A stretch of 64,000 nt of DNA from Bdellovibrionota bacterium (GCA_965207455.1 CBDBMJ010000001.1:64001-128000); one strand, 5' to 3'. Positions 19,888-30,055 are shown, counted from the stretch's first letter. A program made the numbers and translations. The notes: generated by a model not told the origin, from the sequence alone.

Positions 19888-20923
19888 AATTCTTGTTATC
19901 CAAACTGCCTTTATTGGAGATATTGTTCTGTGCACTTCTTTTCTGCGTTCCCTGCGCACACTTTTTCCAAAGGCAAGTATTTATTGTCTTACCACCAGTG
20001 CAGGCAAAAGCATTTTAGAAAACAATCCATGGGATGTGAAGATTTTGATATTTGATAAGCGGAAGAGTGAGAGTGGCCTGAGAGGCTTGTGGAGGAAAAT
20101 AAAGGAACTAAGGGAGTTAGACTTAGATATTGTCTATTGCTTGCACCGGTCGATTCGCTCCACTCTTTTAGCGTATTTTTCTCAAGCTAGGCGTATAGAG
20201 GGCTTTCAAGAAGGGGCGGCCTCCTGGCTTTTTCATGCCAAGGTTTCCCGCACATCGAAGCTCTATGAGGCAGAGAAAAATCAATTATTCCTAGACGCCA
20301 TAACGGGAAAAAATATTTCATCCCAAAGCTTATATCCAGAACTTGCCCACGGAATAGAGGATAAAGCCATGGGCGACACTTTGTTAAAACCCCTAGAAGG
20401 AAAACCGTTTCTAGCGATATGTCCTTGCTCCGTATGGCGAACGAAGCGTTGGCTGCCTGAGCGTTTTGCGGAAATTATCCACTGGGCATGGACCCAGCAT
20501 GAGCTTCCCTGTGTGCTGATTGGCTCTTCCATGGACTATGAAGTGGTACAAACTGTATTGGATGCCTATCCTGGACCACCTCCCAGCCCATGCCTGAATG
20601 TATGTGGAAAAACAAGCTTAGGAACCTTGAAATATATCTTAGGAAAGGCCAAAGCGGTGCTTTCCAACGATAGCGCTCCTCTACATATTGCTAACGCCAT
20701 GGGAGCGCCTGTGGTGGGTGTTTTTGGCCCCACTACCAAGGAACTGGGCTTTTTCCCCATGGCTCCTAAGGGCAGGGCTTTTGTGGCAGAGCTATCTCTT
20801 GCTTGCCGTCCTTGCGGAAAGCATGGGCACCAGAGCTGTCCTTTAGGTCATTTTCGTTGCATGGGCGAGCTTTCCACAGCAAGGGTTCAGTCCCTGCTTG
20901 GTGTTGTGCTGAGAGATTCATAA
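19868..20923 (+). CDS. Glycosyltransferase family 9 (LPS heptosyltransferase)
   Basis: IQTAFIGD, TKRW, NDSAPLHIA, FGPT and a Cys cluster CRPCGKHG..C..C. Confidence 0.92.
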   Translation: MEHEASRILVIQTAFIGDIVLCTSFLRSLRTLFPKASIYCLTTSAGKSILENNPWDVKILIFDKRKSESGLRGLWRKIKELRELDLDIVYCLHRSIRSTLLAYFSQARRIEGFQEGAASWLFHAKVSRTSKLYEAEKNQLFLDAITGKNISSQSLYPELAHGIEDKAMGDTLLKPLEGKPFLAICPCSVWRTKRWLPERFAEIIHWAWTQHELPCVLIGSSMDYEVVQTVLDAYPGPPPSPCLNVCGKTSLGTLKYILGKAKAVLSNDSAPLHIANAMGAPVVGVFGPTTKELGFFPMAPKGRAFVAELSLACRPCGKHGHQSCPLGHFRCMGELSTARVQSLLGVVLRDS

Positions 20924-20933
20924 TAGACAATGG

Positions 20934-21338
20934 CTAGGATAATTTTGCAGCTTTTTTCAATCGTTTTAGCATGTCTGGGGGAATGGAAACGCCGGTATTT
21001 TTTGCATGGGAGATCAGACTAGATATATAGGCCTTTCTGCTGGAAGGTTGAATCTGCTGAAACAGAAATTCCAAATCCATAGCGATAGATTTTTTAGGAG
21101 GTTCCACGCCCTTTTGTGCCAAGCTTGCCCGGCAACTTATCATTTGATTTATATCCAGTCCTAATTTTTTCCAGAGTAAGAGGAAGAGGTCTAGGCGTAG
21201 CATGGTATTTCCTTTTAGGAATCGATGTAGGGCAACTCTTGTAATTCCCGTAATACGCCCCAACTCCGATTGGGAGATATTACAGTTTTTTGCCATTTTT
21301 GCGGTAATGAGACCTGGGTGTTTTACTTTAAGTTGCAT
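20934..21338 (-). CDS. XRE family helix-turn-helix protein
   Basis: ISQSELGRITGITRVALHRFLKG HTH. Confidence 0.8.
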   Translation of the reverse strand: MQLKVKHPGLITAKMAKNCNISQSELGRITGITRVALHRFLKGNTMLRLDLFLLLWKKLGLDINQMISCRASLAQKGVEPPKKSIAMDLEFLFQQIQPSSRKAYISSLISHAKNTGVSIPPDMLKRLKKAAKLS

Positions 21339-21363
21339 GGGTATAGTCTATTAGAACATGGAT

Positions 21364-21457
21364 AATATGTATATACCCGTATACTATTTTTTGATCACAA
21401 TAGTGCTTTTTTTCAATATGTATAGCTCCGTATACTATTTTTTCATCAGAATAGTTC
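21364..21457. repeat. Imperfect direct repeat with 51-bp period, putative operators
   Basis: AATATGTATAtacCCGTATACTATTTTTTgATCAcAATAGT at 21364 and AATATGTATAgctCCGTATACTATTTTTTcATCAgAATAGT at 21415, between divergent genes. Confidence 0.8.
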
Positions 21458-21534
21458 TAAATAGTGCTGTTTTTTCAGGCAGATATAAATAAGTTCCTTT
21501 TTTTACCCACTGGGATTAGAGCAGTCCTATTTTT

Positions 21535-22158
21535 ATGTTGCATTGCATTAACATGGGTGGTATTACTGTATGTGAAAGAAACGAAAACAATAGAACAAAG
21601 GAGGCAACATTGAGAACGCAAACAATAGAAAAAAATAATATGTACCCTTTAGGTATAAAGGATACAAGTACGAGTAATGAAAAAGACATGAGTGTTTTTT
21701 CCAATAGCTGGGAATGTAGGGCCATCGATCAATATCTTACAAGTAAGATTGCTGATCCATCTACAGAAAAAATAGCAAGCTATTTTGGTTTAAGCCAAGA
21801 GGAAACGCTGAGGTCATTGCAGGTGCTGGAGCGCCTGAAAATAACTAAACAAAAACCGGATGGAACATGGGGGCCTGATGATATTGCAAAAAATGTAAAA
21901 ACAATGCTAGGAAAGAGAGCACAGTTTGAAGCCCATAGAATATCAACAGCAGAAATCACTACGAAAATGGAGAATATAAAAAATTCGAAATTTTCCAGTT
22001 CCTATTTCATCATGAGTAGAGACAGGCTGAAAACCTATCTCAAGAAAACAAATGAGTTGTTTAAACAATTATCGTTACACGATGAAGAAGATAGCAAGAA
22101 ACCACAGGAAATATTTGCGCTTTCTTTCTCATTGGTAAGTTTAAAAAATAACAAGTAA
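21535..22158 (+). CDS. DUF4423 (TIGR02147-like) domain protein; true start may be downstream
   Basis: W..AI, IASYFGLSQEETLRSLQVLERL winged-helix segment, C-terminal IFALSFSL. Confidence 0.6.
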   Translation: MLHCINMGGITVCERNENNRTKEATLRTQTIEKNNMYPLGIKDTSTSNEKDMSVFSNSWECRAIDQYLTSKIADPSTEKIASYFGLSQEETLRSLQVLERLKITKQKPDGTWGPDDIAKNVKTMLGKRAQFEAHRISTAEITTKMENIKNSKFSSSYFIMSRDRLKTYLKKTNELFKQLSLHDEEDSKKPQEIFALSFSLVSLKNNK

Positions 22159-22169
22159 AGGTGGATATA

Positions 22170-22382
22170 ATGAATAAAATAATAATAATAATCGCAATAG
22201 CAACCCTTAACCTACCGAACGCATTTGCTGGAGGCAAGGAAGATTTTGTTACAGGAGGTGGGCTTGGTTTAGTAAATCAAAGTCATGTACAAGTACAGGA
22301 TTATGTACAAAATCAAGCACAGGGTCATGTACAAAATCAAGCACAGGATAAAGCGAATGATGAGCCAAGCAATCCCTGGTAG
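22170..22382 (+). CDS. Small secreted protein with HVQNQAQ repeats
   Basis: Signal peptide ending AFA; AAGGTG RBS; 24-bp internal repeats. Confidence 0.6.
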   Translation: MNKIIIIIAIATLNLPNAFAGGKEDFVTGGGLGLVNQSHVQVQDYVQNQAQGHVQNQAQDKANDEPSNPW

Positions 22383-22440
22383 TCTTGATTATTGGTGGTC
22401 TTGATCACTGGATATATGGTGCTGGATAGAATAAAAAAGC

Positions 22441-22950
22441 TTACTCTTGTGTGGAGCTGGAAAATAAAACCTCGGTGAGGTCATATTCCACATCTGCCGT
22501 AGAGGATCCATTGGCAATAGATATTTCCTGGATTAATAGTTTTTTTGTTATGTTCAGTACCTCTCTTTCACTAAAGCTTAGGGTTTTAAGGTTTTTTAGG
22601 AGGAAGAGGTTTCTTAGTACCTCTGCAACTTCTACGAGGGATCCTGTTTGGATTTTTTCCATATACCTTCGGCTTCGACTATTCCAATTGGACTGGTCCA
22701 CACTGGGATCTTTTTTCTTTAGGGTCTCAAATATATCATTGATGTCTTTGGCAGAGGCAAGAGAGCGCATACCTATACTGGTGGCTCTATCTTGAGAGAC
22801 CATAATATTCATTTTGTTGTTTTTTAGTCGAATGGTGTAGAATTTATGGGTCTTTCCTCCCACTTCTTTTTCTGTGATTTTTTGGATCACACCCACACCG
22901 TAGACAGGATATGCCACATGGTCTCCAATATTAAAAATTGCTACTGTCAT
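22441..22950 (-). CDS. carD: CarD family transcriptional regulator
   Basis: FNIGDHVAYPVYGVGVI, NWNSR, GSLVEVAEVLR, LSFSER. Confidence 0.92.
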   Translation of the reverse strand: MTVAIFNIGDHVAYPVYGVGVIQKITEKEVGGKTHKFYTIRLKNNKMNIMVSQDRATSIGMRSLASAKDINDIFETLKKKDPSVDQSNWNSRSRRYMEKIQTGSLVEVAEVLRNLFLLKNLKTLSFSEREVLNITKKLLIQEISIANGSSTADVEYDLTEVLFSSSTQE

Positions 22951-23032
22951 TTTTCTCTCCTCCTTCCCATAGACGAGCCGCGCAATCCTGATATTTCAAT
23001 AATATTAGGCACATAGCTTCATCATATAACAC

Positions 23033-23061
23033 ATTGTACCATATACAATCATTTTTGTCAA
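23033..23061 (-). promoter_or_regulatory. Sigma70-type promoter of carD
   Basis: TTGACA-17 nt-TACAAT with an extended -10 TG on the minus strand. Confidence 0.7.
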
Positions 23062-23178
23062 CTTTATTTACGTCTATTCTATAGACAGCCGAATTGACTC
23101 ACAAAAATTGCAGCACAGGGCCGTTCTGGGCACTCTGGAGTGGGAAGAGAAGCGCAGTTAGGGACAGGTTTTGCCACT

Positions 23179-25518
23179 CTATTGAGGTGACAGAACCTCC
23201 CAGTCCTCTTTCTTCCAGGCGGGTTGTTCTCCCATATAAACCTGAATATGGTGAAATTCGTCTTTCTTAATGGTCGATTTTTTTTTAGGATATCCAAACT
23301 CTCTATCATAGTGTGGCTGGTTTGTTAGTGTCGCAACTCCATCTTTTATTTCCAGTACATATCTTATCACCTGTTCATGTTCATTTAATTGGGTTACATT
23401 TCCAAGCGGTAGCTTTTTAATGCGTTTCCTCCAATTTGTTTTCTCCCATGTATCTATAAGGACAGCTTGATACTCCCTAATTTCTCCAGCATTATATTTA
23501 GCTTGAAAATTATATAGATTCTCGTATGCTAGATTTTCTAGATCTGTCTCCTTTTTTCCCATCAATCTCACAAGACCGAGCTCAAGAACTTTTGGTTCTA
23601 TTAGTAATTCGCCATGGTCAAATCTTACTATTTTTAATTTTCTACCTGATGTTTGAAAAATCTGTGCAGGATCTAAAAACGCCAAAGAATCTTTATGACT
23701 TTTTGGCATAATAGCAGTTGACATGCGAACAAATTTACCGTCAATTTCTCCAGCATTATGGAGCTCCACTATTTTATCGATATACTCAAATTGACTAATA
23801 GATTTTTTGTTTACACGAATAAGGGATATGTTTTTTGGAGTTATTTTCATTTCATGAATAGAATCTTTATATGGGAATACGAGATTACGACTTTCATGCA
23901 TGCTTGTATCCATCGCAAGAAGTAATGTATTCCTACCAAAAAGTTTTTTATTAATTTGAATAACCTTTGCATATTCCGATATCCCATTGTATGTATCTAT
24001 GCTGATATACCGATTGTCTCCAGTAATCTTTCCAGACAAAAGGGCTTGCCAAAAAATCTCATAGTCATTTGTAGGCTTTTGATTGGGATTTTTACGGAAT
24101 TTAGAATAGCTTTTTAACTTTGCTAATTTAAATAAACGTTCAAGAATAGGATTCGTTAGCTTGTCAAGCCAAGCTTTTTCATTAATTGTGACATGCACTT
24201 CTTTTGATTTCTTATATTTCTTATAAGTTAACAATTTGAGAATGTGGTATGCATTTTCAAATTTTATTGTTTGAAATTCGCTATCCCTAGTTACCATATC
24301 TTGAATTTCACTCCTGATAGTAGATAAAATTTTTGTAAAATAAGGATCATGGCTTTTATCGGCGCGTAGTATTGTCTTATAATAAAAGTTAGTAGCGTCC
24401 TCGATTTTTTTCTTACTAGTCGACTCAGGGTTTTCCATCGATTTTTTTCGCTCTTCAACAATACGTTTCGTTTCTGCCTCTACATTCTGATTATTTTTTG
24501 CTTGCTCTTTCTCTCTCTCCTTTTCTTGGTATGCAAGTGCTTTAGTGTGCGCCTGAATTAATTCCTTTTCAGAAACCCCTTGAATTTTTGCTATCTTGAG
24601 TAAGAACTCAAAAGATCCTTGTTCAGAATCTCCTAGTATTTTTAGAAGTTTATGCCTGTTGGTAGGAAGAAAAATCTGTAATATAGTATCTACAACCTGA
24701 CCACCGCCTTTAAGATTTCTTGATATACTTTCGTAATAGTTTTCAATAATACGTTTCGTTTCTGTCTCTACCTTATTTTGATTATTTTTTGCTTGCTCTT
24801 TCTCTCTCTCCTTTTCTTGGTATGCAAGTGCTTTAGTGTGCGCCTGAATTAATTCCTTTTCAGAAACCCCTTGAATTTTTGCTATCTTGAGTAAGAACTC
24901 AAAAGATACTTGTTCAGAATCTCCTAGTATTTTTAGAAGTTTATGCCTGTTGGTAGGAAGAAAAATCTGTAATATAGTATCTACAACCTGACCACCGCCT
25001 TTAAGATTTCTTGATATACTTTCGTAATAGTTTTCAATAATACGTTTCGTTTCTGTCTCTACCTTATTTTGATTATTTTTTGCCTGCTCTTTCTCCCTTT
25101 CTCGTTTTGCTGCTACCCTCTCCTTCATCTCGGTTAGTTTTTGATTAGTAATTCCTTGAACTCTCGCTATTTCATTTAAAAGATCCATTAATACCTTTTC
25201 TGAACCCTCAGATTTTATTTGTCTAGATTCAGGATTTTTCAGCATTTTCAAAAGTCGATTCTTGTAGGTAGGGGAAAAAAACTGTAATATAATTTTGCTA
25301 GTTTGACCTCCACCCTCAATTTTTCTAGATATCCTTTCGTAAAGGTCTTGAATAACATCTGCCATTTCTTTCACATGCTGGTTACTTACAGCATCTTTTC
25401 TTCTTTGCTCCATTTCACGCTCTGATTTTTTCGCAGGCTTTGATCTTTGTGCTTCCACACTTTTAGCAAAGCTGATAGAGATAAGTCCTGCCAGTAGATA
25501 GTGTTTAATATTTTTCAT
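23179..25518 (-). CDS. Large secreted hypothetical protein with internal repeats
   Basis: 779-aa ORF with signal peptide (..VEA), AAGGAG RBS and a 97-aa duplication. Confidence 0.85.
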   Translation of the reverse strand: MKNIKHYLLAGLISISFAKSVEAQRSKPAKKSEREMEQRRKDAVSNQHVKEMADVIQDLYERISRKIEGGGQTSKIILQFFSPTYKNRLLKMLKNPESRQIKSEGSEKVLMDLLNEIARVQGITNQKLTEMKERVAAKREREKEQAKNNQNKVETETKRIIENYYESISRNLKGGGQVVDTILQIFLPTNRHKLLKILGDSEQVSFEFLLKIAKIQGVSEKELIQAHTKALAYQEKEREKEQAKNNQNKVETETKRIIENYYESISRNLKGGGQVVDTILQIFLPTNRHKLLKILGDSEQGSFEFLLKIAKIQGVSEKELIQAHTKALAYQEKEREKEQAKNNQNVEAETKRIVEERKKSMENPESTSKKKIEDATNFYYKTILRADKSHDPYFTKILSTIRSEIQDMVTRDSEFQTIKFENAYHILKLLTYKKYKKSKEVHVTINEKAWLDKLTNPILERLFKLAKLKSYSKFRKNPNQKPTNDYEIFWQALLSGKITGDNRYISIDTYNGISEYAKVIQINKKLFGRNTLLLAMDTSMHESRNLVFPYKDSIHEMKITPKNISLIRVNKKSISQFEYIDKIVELHNAGEIDGKFVRMSTAIMPKSHKDSLAFLDPAQIFQTSGRKLKIVRFDHGELLIEPKVLELGLVRLMGKKETDLENLAYENLYNFQAKYNAGEIREYQAVLIDTWEKTNWRKRIKKLPLGNVTQLNEHEQVIRYVLEIKDGVATLTNQPHYDREFGYPKKKSTIKKDEFHHIQVYMGEQPAWKKEDWEVLSPQ
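24489..25090. repeat. 291-bp near-perfect tandem duplication within the CDS
   Basis: GATTATTTTTTGC recurs at 24489, 24780 and 25071; I found only one substitution between the two full copies (EQV/EQG). Confidence 0.93.
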
Positions 25519-25703
25519 TTTCTTTTCTCCTTTGTTACCGTAGTTGATTGATGCACTATACCAGAATAAATCAGTTTTATCAAGTGTTAATTTGACTATT
25601 TTTATCTGAAATTTATAAATTATTGGTTTTATTCAATTAATTCAGTTTTCTCTTTTGCCCTCTGCTTCGTTCCTTGCTTGAATCGAGGATCCGAAACACA
25701 GGG

Positions 25704-27290
25704 CTATAGGATGGTGTCCTTTTGGAATAGGGGGTCTGTATGGGGGTGATCCAGGTTTTGGTGGAGTCCGCGGCTTTCTTTGCGCATTTGAGCTGAGGTG
25801 ATAATGAGTTGGGCGATGGTCGCAATATTACGTAGTTCGATTAAATTTTTAGATAGGTAGCGCTCCCAGTAATTTTGTTGAACCTCTTGGGCTATGAGGG
25901 ATAGCCTCCGGGAAGCGTAGCCTAGTCGACGGTCGGTTCGCACAATTCCTACGTAATTCCACATCAGCGTGCGAATTTCGTCCCAGCAGTGTCGGATGAT
26001 AATCTTTTCTTCTCCCTTTTGGGCAAAGCCATGATCCCAGGCAGGGATTTTTTTTTGGGAGTGGTGAATATGGGAACAGGCAGTTTTGGCAGCACGGGTG
26101 GAGAATACGAGGGACTCCAAAAGAGAGTTGGAGGCTAGGCGGTTAGCTCCATGAAACCCAGTATGGGCCACCTCCCCAGCAGCTAGGAGTGATCCTATAT
26201 TGGTCTCTCCATTTTCATTTGTCATCAAACCCCCACAGGTATAGTGAGCAGCAGGAACCACAGGTATGGGTTCTTGGGTGAGGTCGAATCCAAACTTTTT
26301 GCAAGTTTCGTAGTTATGGGGAAAACACTCTCGAATAAAGGAAGTGCCTTTGTGACGAATATCTAAGTACACACATTCATTTCCCGTGCGCTTCATTTCT
26401 TTATCGATGGAAAGGGATACTACGTCCCTGGGAGCTAGTTCCTTTTGGGGATGGTATTTTTCCATAAATCGCTCCCCTTTGGAATTGACTAGAAAGGCAC
26501 CTTCTCCTCGGAGAGCTTCACTTAGGAGAGAGTTTTTGGCTTGGGGATGGTATAGGCAGGTGGGGTGGAATTGGGTGAATTCCATATTGGCTACTCTGGC
26601 ACCACAGCGGTAGGCCATGGCGATTCCGTCGCCCGTATTGGTATCCGGGTTGGAGGTGTATTTATATACCTTGCTGGCACCGCCGGTAGCTAGAAATGTA
26701 ACTTTGGCTTCGATGGGAAATACTTTTTTTTTCTTCGTATGGAAAAAATAAGCGCCTTGGCAGGTATTTGTTTCTGTGTCTTTCACCAAGTCTATGGCAA
26801 TGGAGTGGAAGAGAATATGAATATTTTTTTGTTCTTTCAGTTGGGAGATGAGGGAGTTCACAATGGTTTGACCAGTGCGATCAGCGGCGTGGAAGATTCT
26901 CCGAAAGGAGTGGCCTCCTTCTAGGGTGAGGTCGTAGGGGCTTGTGTGATCCGCCTTGGTGGTGGTGAACTGTACACCCTGGTCAATAAGGTTTTTAATG
27001 GCAGCGGGCCCCTCTTGGACACAATTTCGCACTACCTCTGAGTCACAAAGCCCTGCACCTGCTTTTTTTGTGTCCTCTACATGTGCGTTAAAAGAATCTT
27101 CTAAAGAAAAGACAGAAGCAATTCCACCTTGGGCAAGGTTAGTGGTAGAATGTTCTAGAGCCGAAGTTTTTGTGACGATGGTAATTTTCAGTTCAGGGTT
27201 CGTTTTCGACAGTGTTAGAGCAAAGTTGAGTCCCGACAACCCAGACCCAATTACTAAGACATCACTATAAATTTCGTGCGGAAAGTCCAT
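25704..27290 (-). CDS. nadB: L-aspartate oxidase
   Basis: GSGLSG, AQGGIA, EGGHS, QFHPT, HYTCGG, HGANRLASNSLLE, ESRGLH. Confidence 0.96.
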   Translation of the reverse strand: MDFPHEIYSDVLVIGSGLSGLNFALTLSKTNPELKITIVTKTSALEHSTTNLAQGGIASVFSLEDSFNAHVEDTKKAGAGLCDSEVVRNCVQEGPAAIKNLIDQGVQFTTTKADHTSPYDLTLEGGHSFRRIFHAADRTGQTIVNSLISQLKEQKNIHILFHSIAIDLVKDTETNTCQGAYFFHTKKKKVFPIEAKVTFLATGGASKVYKYTSNPDTNTGDGIAMAYRCGARVANMEFTQFHPTCLYHPQAKNSLLSEALRGEGAFLVNSKGERFMEKYHPQKELAPRDVVSLSIDKEMKRTGNECVYLDIRHKGTSFIRECFPHNYETCKKFGFDLTQEPIPVVPAAHYTCGGLMTNENGETNIGSLLAAGEVAHTGFHGANRLASNSLLESLVFSTRAAKTACSHIHHSQKKIPAWDHGFAQKGEEKIIIRHCWDEIRTLMWNYVGIVRTDRRLGYASRRLSLIAQEVQQNYWERYLSKNLIELRNIATIAQLIITSAQMRKESRGLHQNLDHPHTDPLFQKDTIL

Positions 27291-27378
27291 GCTCCCTTGT
27301 ATAATAAGACTGCTGGGAATAGTAGTCTATTGATAGGGATAGCTGTGGATAAGGGGATAGGGGATATAGGGGGTATAT

Positions 27379-29013
27379 ATGAAAAAAATATATAAAATTG
27401 TAGCTGTATTATGTCTTTTGGTCTCAGGGGTTTATTTTTATTTAGGCCTAGAAACTGGGGACACGGACGAAGCGATGGCAGAAATTCGTCGAGCCATGCG
27501 GACTCAGGTGAAGTTAATGATTCGAGAGGTGAATGGAATTGCCAAGGAGATGGATACCCAACTCCATACATTTACAAAGACGAGGCAAGCTTCCAAATAT
27601 TCTTTTTTAATGGGCGCGAAAGCACCCTCATATGTACTTTTATTGACGAAAGGGAAGGAAAAAAAGTTTGCGGCACCAAAGTTACCCAAGGATTCTGCTA
27701 CTTCTATACACCAAGCCCTAAGGGCCCACCTCCATTCTGGTCCGCCCATGGCGTACTATGAGGACGCAAGAAAAAAATCCTATATCCTTTTAAAGGGTCT
27801 GATTAAGAAAGTTCAGTATGGCGCGGCTTTTCCTCAAGCGAGTTTCTTTCGATCCCTGAAAAATAGGGGTTTTATTTCTCCATGGGTCATTACCAGAGAT
27901 GGCACGTTTTTATACCATTCGTCCCCTCGTTTTGTGGGTAAGGATGCTGCATGGATCCGTCCCGTGGCTTTGAGTGAGGAGAGTTTAAGCACTAGGCAGC
28001 GCACAGAAATGGTCGCAGAGTATAAGAGTTTCGACGGGAAAGAGGCCCTGGGAGCATGGATCACCTCACCCAAGTTAGGGGTGATTGTGGGCTTGGAGTG
28101 GCCTTGGTCTTGGTCGGGAAAGAAGAAAAGTGCTTCCATTTTATGGATAGCCATTGGGTCTCTTTTTATGGGATCCCTTTGTTTGGGCCTAGCCCTTCGT
28201 TCCTCTAGGACAGCGTCGGTTATGGCTCAGGATAGGCCTAAGGAAGACGACAAGGAGGAGAGTAATATAGTTCTGGGCCATGAGGCAGAGAAATTTATTC
28301 GTCGAGCGGAGCGATCAGCAGAGCTTTCCGCAAAGTATGCCAAGGAGAAAGAGGAGAAGTATTTGGAGTTAGAGGGTCGAGCGAGGGAAAAAATAGCCCA
28401 TGCGGAGAGGGTTCGTTGGGTTTTTGATCAGACCAATCATTTTCTCGATGCGGTTATGAACACAGAGGAGGAGCAGGATGTGTGGAGAATTCTAGCCCGT
28501 TCCCTTTCTTCCATGGCGATGCACGTTCCTGTTGCCATTTACCAGTACTCGTCCACCACTTGCAGTCTTTTTCCTGTGGCTACCGCTGGAGTAGAGGAGT
28601 TGAACGAGGAGGCTTCCCAATTTTTTGGGGATGCACGGATTATGATTGGTGGTTCTAGGCACATAGCGAATATTCATAAAACAAAAGCCTTTCAGGCCTG
28701 GCACGAGCGTTGTGAGAAGTATGTATCTTTAGAAAATACGGATATTTTGTCCATACCTTTTAAGAGTTCCAGCGGATCGCAAGGGGTTGCTATTTTTCTC
28801 CTGGATAAGGAGGCCATGCTTGGTGTAGAGCTCCAGCAACAGCAAAAGTTATGGAATTTATTTTGTTATAGAGCTGCTTGGCTTTACGATATGAAACGTC
28901 GCCTGATACAATTTAAACATGAACATGGTTCGAGAAAAATTTCCACCAGTACGCTCGACTCAATTGGAAGTGCACCTTCCAAATTTGAGGAAAAACTTCC
29001 TCCAACTGTATAA
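27379..29013 (+). CDS. Membrane protein with a Cache-like periplasmic domain and GAF-like cytoplasmic region
   Basis: Two TM segments; VITRDGTFLYH and YKSFDGKE Cache-like motifs; coiled coil. Confidence 0.55.
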   Translation: MKKIYKIVAVLCLLVSGVYFYLGLETGDTDEAMAEIRRAMRTQVKLMIREVNGIAKEMDTQLHTFTKTRQASKYSFLMGAKAPSYVLLLTKGKEKKFAAPKLPKDSATSIHQALRAHLHSGPPMAYYEDARKKSYILLKGLIKKVQYGAAFPQASFFRSLKNRGFISPWVITRDGTFLYHSSPRFVGKDAAWIRPVALSEESLSTRQRTEMVAEYKSFDGKEALGAWITSPKLGVIVGLEWPWSWSGKKKSASILWIAIGSLFMGSLCLGLALRSSRTASVMAQDRPKEDDKEESNIVLGHEAEKFIRRAERSAELSAKYAKEKEEKYLELEGRAREKIAHAERVRWVFDQTNHFLDAVMNTEEEQDVWRILARSLSSMAMHVPVAIYQYSSTTCSLFPVATAGVEELNEEASQFFGDARIMIGGSRHIANIHKTKAFQAWHERCEKYVSLENTDILSIPFKSSSGSQGVAIFLLDKEAMLGVELQQQQKLWNLFCYRAAWLYDMKRRLIQFKHEHGSRKISTSTLDSIGSAPSKFEEKLPPTV

Positions 29014-30055
29014 ACAGGCAAGCCCAGCAGAAATCCTAGTTTCATTGAAGGCCAATGCGTATGGATGTGGCGCAGGGGTCATTGCTCGCTATTTAGAGAA
29101 AACCTGCACTTCGGGCTTACACGGTTTTGCGGTGGCCAACGTAGAAGAAGCCTTGGAGTTAAGGGAGGACAAGGTAAGTAGGCCCATATATATTCTTTCC
29201 GGAGTTCAATCGCCCACAAAGGAAGTATTTCGTTATTTAGTCACCCACTCGCTCGTACCTATTATTTCTTCCATATCCGTATTGCGTGTATTGGCAGAAC
29301 TTTCCTCCCAGGAATCTTCCCCCATACCCATACATTTAAAATTTAATACAGGAATGAATCGTCTGGGCATAAACCTGGATGAATGGAAGGTGGCTCAGGA
29401 AATTCTGCTCAATAGTAAGGGTTTGGTAATGGAGGGGGTGCTAAGCCATTATGCTTCCTCCAATAAGCCCAATGCTCTATTGACTCGCAAGCAGACCAAG
29501 CTTTTTATTGGCGTATTGGAGACGATAAAGTCCTGTGGTTTTGATCCAAAATTTATCCATATGTCCAACTCAGCTGGGATCCATAACAAGTGTTTTCCTT
29601 TGGGCAATCTTGTTCGACCGGGCTTGTATTTATATGGGGAGGGGGACGACGGATTGGAGCCAGTGCTTCAATGGTCAGCGCAGATTTACGATATTCGCAC
29701 AGTGGGCAAGGGGGAGGGTATTGGTTACGGTCCTCTCTATCGTGCTTCCCGAAAGTCAAAAATTGCCACCCTTGGGGTGGGCTATGCCGACGGTTACCCA
29801 CGAGTACTATCCAATAAATCTCATGTATTGATACGGGGAAAAAAATGCTCCATTGTGGGGGCGGTTAGCATGGATCTATTGGCGGTGGATGTTACTAAAC
29901 TTTCCAATGTGAGTGTACAGGAAAGTGCTATACTATTGGGGAGAGACGGAAAGGAAAGGATAACAGCCGTGGATCTAGCCCAAAAAGCCAAAACAATTCC
30001 CTGGGAAATCCTTACTAGTATTTCTTCACGAGTACCTAGATTATTTATACGATGA
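28919..30055 (+). CDS. alr: Alanine racemase
   Basis: KANAYG, HLKFNTGMNRLG, VRPG, IGYG, GYADG, VSMD. Confidence 0.95.
   Translation: MNMVREKFPPVRSTQLEVHLPNLRKNFLQLYKQASPAEILVSLKANAYGCGAGVIARYLEKTCTSGLHGFAVANVEEALELREDKVSRPIYILSGVQSPTKEVFRYLVTHSLVPIISSISVLRVLAELSSQESSPIPIHLKFNTGMNRLGINLDEWKVAQEILLNSKGLVMEGVLSHYASSNKPNALLTRKQTKLFIGVLETIKSCGFDPKFIHMSNSAGIHNKCFPLGNLVRPGLYLYGEGDDGLEPVLQWSAQIYDIRTVGKGEGIGYGPLYRASRKSKIATLGVGYADGYPRVLSNKSHVLIRGKKCSIVGAVSMDLLAVDVTKLSNVSVQESAILLGRDGKERITAVDLAQKAKTIPWEILTSISSRVPRLFIR

Noticed and set aside
23094..23107. TTGACTCACAAAAA shared with 49708 as a dispersed element
   Set aside because: A single AT-rich 14-mer match is plausible by chance in 64 kb and the flanks do not align
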